Assembly: GCA_964187785.1 (NCBI GenBank)
Contig: OZ076413.1
Location: 49,788,001-49,852,000 of the forward strand
DNA length: 64,000 nt
DNA from: Amphiscolops sp. MND2022
Taxonomy: Eukaryota
Direction: 5' to 3'
How positions within the stretch are numbered: the stretch's first letter is position 1; the number at the start of each line of letters is the position of its first letter. The position numbers were made by a program, and so were the translations under genes. Below, piece after piece: positions 60,364-64,000 of the stretch. The notes under the pieces are model-generated. The model saw nothing but the letters and a program-made list of their open reading frames with translations. It did no database searches and was not told the origin of the DNA.

Positions 60364-60895
60364 AATTCATTCTTATTCTCTCGCTCAATTGGCGTTGCTA
60401 TGGTAACTAGGGATGGTGAAAGACGACGCTATTGGTCCGTAAAAATAGAAACATCTACTTTTCAATCAAGCTTAGTGACGCTGCCATCACGTTGTAAATA
60501 TTCTCCTAAGTTGTTTAACTGCATTCTTAAGTGGATATTCACAACTAATCAATCATTGGAAAACACTTCCACCATTCTCTTTGTATGTTCTTTCATTTTA
60601 GATTGTATGCGTTCCGTTGGGATCACGGAATTAAATATTGTTTTAGTGTTTTCATTTTAGTGTGGAGAAAAGAAAAATTGATCCCAGTGTTAAGGATGTT
60701 TCCTTTTTAATATTTAGATTGGCATGGAATTTTCATCAGTCGAAACCGGAAGTGATGAAACGATTGCATGTGAAATCATTAAACCGGAAATTTTCTTTTT
60801 GTCTAAATCATTTTTGAATAATTTACGTTGCGCTTCCGTTAAACTTAATTCGTGCTGCTGTTTGGATAAAAGGTAAGGCATTAAATAGAGTTTAC

Positions 60896-61630
60896 TTAAT
60901 GTTGTGTAGCTCTGCCGTGTCCTTTTCCTCGCGTGAATTGCGGTATTCCTCCACAGCAAGTGAAATCCCGACCAGGAGCGGGTCGTGACAGGGCGCCTCT
61001 ATAGCCTGTTGACCACGGTCTGGGGCAGTGGGGAATCTCTCTGGTGATCAATACTGGTTGTTTTCGTGCTCTTGCCAGTTTTGTAGAAGTATAGCGCGTT
61101 CCCCGTCCGCACAACGGGCTGTTCTCTCGGCTGCTTTGTAGATCTATGCCATAGGCGTTTTCGATTTCTTCTACTGCTGGCTCCATCAAGTCGTCGAGTT
61201 TGTCGGCTTTTGCAGGCGGTCCATTGTACTGAAGCTCTTTGTTAGACACGTCTCGTAATACTGGGGCGGGCTGCAGCGGCGGTAGTTGACGGGGAGTATC
61301 CGGCTCTTCAAAGTAGCTTTCTTCAGACGTTTCAGTACTATGCCCTTCCACTATGAAAGCTTCGCCAGGGCTTGTAGTGCCGAGGTTTATTTTTCTCGGT
61401 GAACCGATAGTCTCAAATGCAGACGCTGAGATGCCGGATAAATTTAGACTATTGATAGAGTCCATCATCTCTTCTGCGCTGCCTTTTGTAGCTTCTAAGG
61501 AGGCTTCAGAAAGATCCAATGTTGTTATCACATTAAGCGGGAGTATTTTGATCGGGGTGCTCTGTCTTACGTTGCTAACCCGTTCTTCTTCGTCGGAGGA
61601 GATATCGATAACTAAGTCGTAGTTATTCAT
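60896..61630 (-). CDS. Hypothetical acidic, low-complexity protein, possibly an accessory gene of the LTR element
   Basis: Open for 244 codons from MNNYDLVIDISSDEEE (SIM-like VIDI plus acidic run). Probably continues in broken frames toward 60364. Confidence 0.55.
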   Translation of the reverse strand: MNNYDLVIDISSDEEERVSNVRQSTPIKILPLNVITTLDLSEASLEATKGSAEEMMDSINSLNLSGISASAFETIGSPRKINLGTTSPGEAFIVEGHSTETSEESYFEEPDTPRQLPPLQPAPVLRDVSNKELQYNGPPAKADKLDDLMEPAVEEIENAYGIDLQSSRENSPLCGRGTRYTSTKLARARKQPVLITREIPHCPRPWSTGYRGALSRPAPGRDFTCCGGIPQFTRGKGHGRATQH

Positions 61631-61729
61631 TTTAAGTTTTCTGATTATTGCAAGCTGTCTTATCTTTACGTTTAGAATGCGGCAAGTGAAGAGGTTAACT
61701 TTCTTCCGTTTGTGATTTTCCTGCATTCT

Positions 61730-61900
61730 CATTGGCTGTTATTTTTCTTTTTATATCAATTCGTTTCATCTTCGGAAAGCGTTTCACTTCCATCTGTGCG
61801 GTGGTTGGCTGAGCCATTGAAATGAAGTTTCTCATTTTGAACTTGCTTATGACGTCATCAACTTCTCTTCCGAAGGTGATCCGTATGACGTCATAAGCTT
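61730..61900. promoter_or_regulatory. Candidate bidirectional promoter
   Basis: Two perfect CRE sites TGACGTCA (61850-61857 and 61886-61893) and an ATTGG box at 61731, between divergent genes. Confidence 0.45.
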
Positions 61901-62123
61901 GGAGATGGCTTTTCTTGCCTATTTTAAATTTGGCTTCAGGATCTTCAAGGATTTTTATGGTTCCATCGGTAATGGAATGGACTATTGATAATTTTGTTTC
62001 GTGTTCACAGGATATTTCTGATTTTTAGGATGTTTACGTTATAGGAACGTTTTCTTTTAGCCTTGGTTTTTCTTCTATGGGTTTTCCTTAGTTCTTCTTT
62101 CCTTTTTAGATTGTCATTGATCG

Positions 62124-63807
62124 ATGCAAGAGGATTTCGATCTTCCCCCGCTCATTCCTGCTCCAGTTCCAGGGTTCCAAAGTGGTCATGATACCACTTA
62201 TAATTGGTCCGAGGACGATATTATTGCCTCGGGTACGGAATGTAGACGGACAGAATCAGGTTGGTAAAAATCTTTCTGACTTCCATGGGTATTCGGACTA
62301 TTGTTTTGGTGATCAGCCTTTTTAGTCTTACCCGTAACTCTGACGCGTCAAACCAGATCTTGATTTTTCAGTAACTCAACCTGTAGTAGTTGCCAGCAAT
62401 GCCGGTGGTCTTCTGGATGCTCCTCCTTCTGCCCAAACCGTTCAACTACCGTCACTATCCTTCATTTTGCAGCCAGAGGCTTCTTCTTCCTGTACTGCAG
62501 GGATTGTAGAGCTTGTTACCGGCGGGGTTGATACGGAGTTGCCTGTTGAGGGACCTTCTGTTGTCGAGTCCGGTGCCATAGCGGTTTCTCCTGAGCTTGA
62601 GTGCTTCTCTGTTACTCAGTGTCAGCAACTCCCTTCAGATGAGTCTCATGAAAGTGAGACTGATCCCCCCTCAACAGAAAAAGGGACTGGTTAGTTCAGG
62701 CCTTTTCTTTTTCATATCAGTTTGTTGCTTTCACTGTAAGCACAACGTGAATGTTCATGTTGTGGCTTCAAAGAAAAATATTCCTCGACGGACTGTTGTG
62801 AATTTTGCACCGACACCCAAACGAGGCAAGAAAGTGTCGCTGCCTTCCTCTTCAGCGGCACCTATGGGAGGGTGGAGTAGTTAGTTTTTGTTTTCTTTGA
62901 TCTCATTGGTCGTTTGTTTGTTCGTTGTTTTCTGGGTATGATCATCGTGTTATGTTTTGTCTTAGGTTTAGATGATCTACCAGGTGGCTCCGGAGGTATT
63001 TCGTTGAGTCCGCAGGATATGTTCCGACTGGGCCAGCAACTTGTGGACGAGATTGACAGTCGGGCTGCAAAGACTATTCAAAGCGGTATGTACTTGCATT
63101 GTATTTGGATCTTGTCGCTTTTTGGATTTGTCGCATTTTCTTTGTTTGTCCTCCGTTTGTTGTGCGTTGTGTTATTGAGCGTTGATCTTTAACTTTTGTC
63201 ACCATGGTGTAAAGTATGTTTTTATTTAGGTTTCGAAGAGTTGACTGAGAAGGTAGGCGGGAAGCTCAGTGGCCCTAAGACGAAAAAGTACAGCAGCCGA
63301 AACTATTTGCATAAGCGGATGCTGGGGCTGAATCCTCTGTTTCAAGATTTTGTCAGTGGCCCGAAGAATGGACGTGGAACTCATTTCTTTTGCAAAGTGT
63401 GCAAAAGAGATGTCGCCATGAAAGCTCATGGTTCTGGAGAGTTCGGGCGGCATTTTTATTCTCCTGGGCATTGGAACCGCGATGTGACGTACCGTGTACA
63501 CATGGGGCTCCCGATCTACAATCGTCTAATGGAGCCAATGACTTTGTCTGCCGCTCAACTTGCGGATTTCCGTTCACGCCCATTTGAAGATCTCGGTGAG
63601 GGTTTTCCATTCCCTGAGGATTTGGTGCCAAAGCGGGCGCGCATTGAATCGAAGGTGCCTTACATGACTCTGGTGGCTTCTCTCTGTGACTTTCTTGGCA
63701 GTGGTGGCGATTTCAATCTGGTACGCCGGTTGTGGGGTTACTTCCGTGCAACGTTGGGTGAACGGCAGCCAGATTTCTCGTTCGAGTGGAGTCGATCTGA
63801 GACTGTT
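62124..63807 (+). CDS. Multi-exon gene with a BED-like C2H2 zinc finger, continuing beyond the window
   Basis: Exons 62124-62259, 62372-62689, about 62721-62879 (acceptor uncertain), 62966-63085 and 63230-63807, with GT-AG phase-1 junctions that keep frame. Motif FFCKVCKRDVAMKAHGSGEFGRHFYSPGH. Confidence 0.7.
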
Positions 63808-64000
63808 GTTAGTATAGTTGTTGGTATGGATAGGTGTGTTATTTGACGTACTTGCAACTTTTGTCTGTTTTTGATAAGAATAGAGATATATATGCGTGTC
63901 TGGGGGTGTACATTTGTATGACTTTTTGGCACCATTTTTCTTTATCGGGGGAGGGGCCTGGGTTTGTTGTATCTTTCACCGGTGAGTATAGTCTGTATTT

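Overview
AT-rich, repeat-dense eukaryotic DNA, most likely from an invertebrate animal (spliceosomal introns, a secreted serine protease, hAT/Tc1/Helentron MITEs, Gypsy elements). The main feature is a complete 13.6-kb Polinton/Maverick (adintovirus-like) element at 16727-30349, with 201-bp TIRs beginning AGTAGT and a perfect 6-bp TSD (GACTAA). It encodes pPolB, major and minor capsid proteins, an adenain-like protease and two packaging ATPases, but no recognisable integrase. Nine of its 11 genes start at the poxvirus-late-type motif TAAATG and the other two are one mutation away. It also has a membrane protein with ESCRT late domains and many GC-GN(N)A-GC mini-hairpin motifs. My inference is a helper-dependent, virophage-like endogenous virus. 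A second, different Polinton fragment occupies 1 to about 2210. Other content: two back-to-back perfect palindromes, a two-exon chymotrypsin-like gene with a probable GC-AG intron, exons of a minus-strand host gene possibly separated by a 38-kb intron, two tandem duplications, an RT-less Gypsy element, and a long LTR next to an antisense spliced zinc-finger gene. All protein-family calls come from motif recognition by eye; no database search was run.
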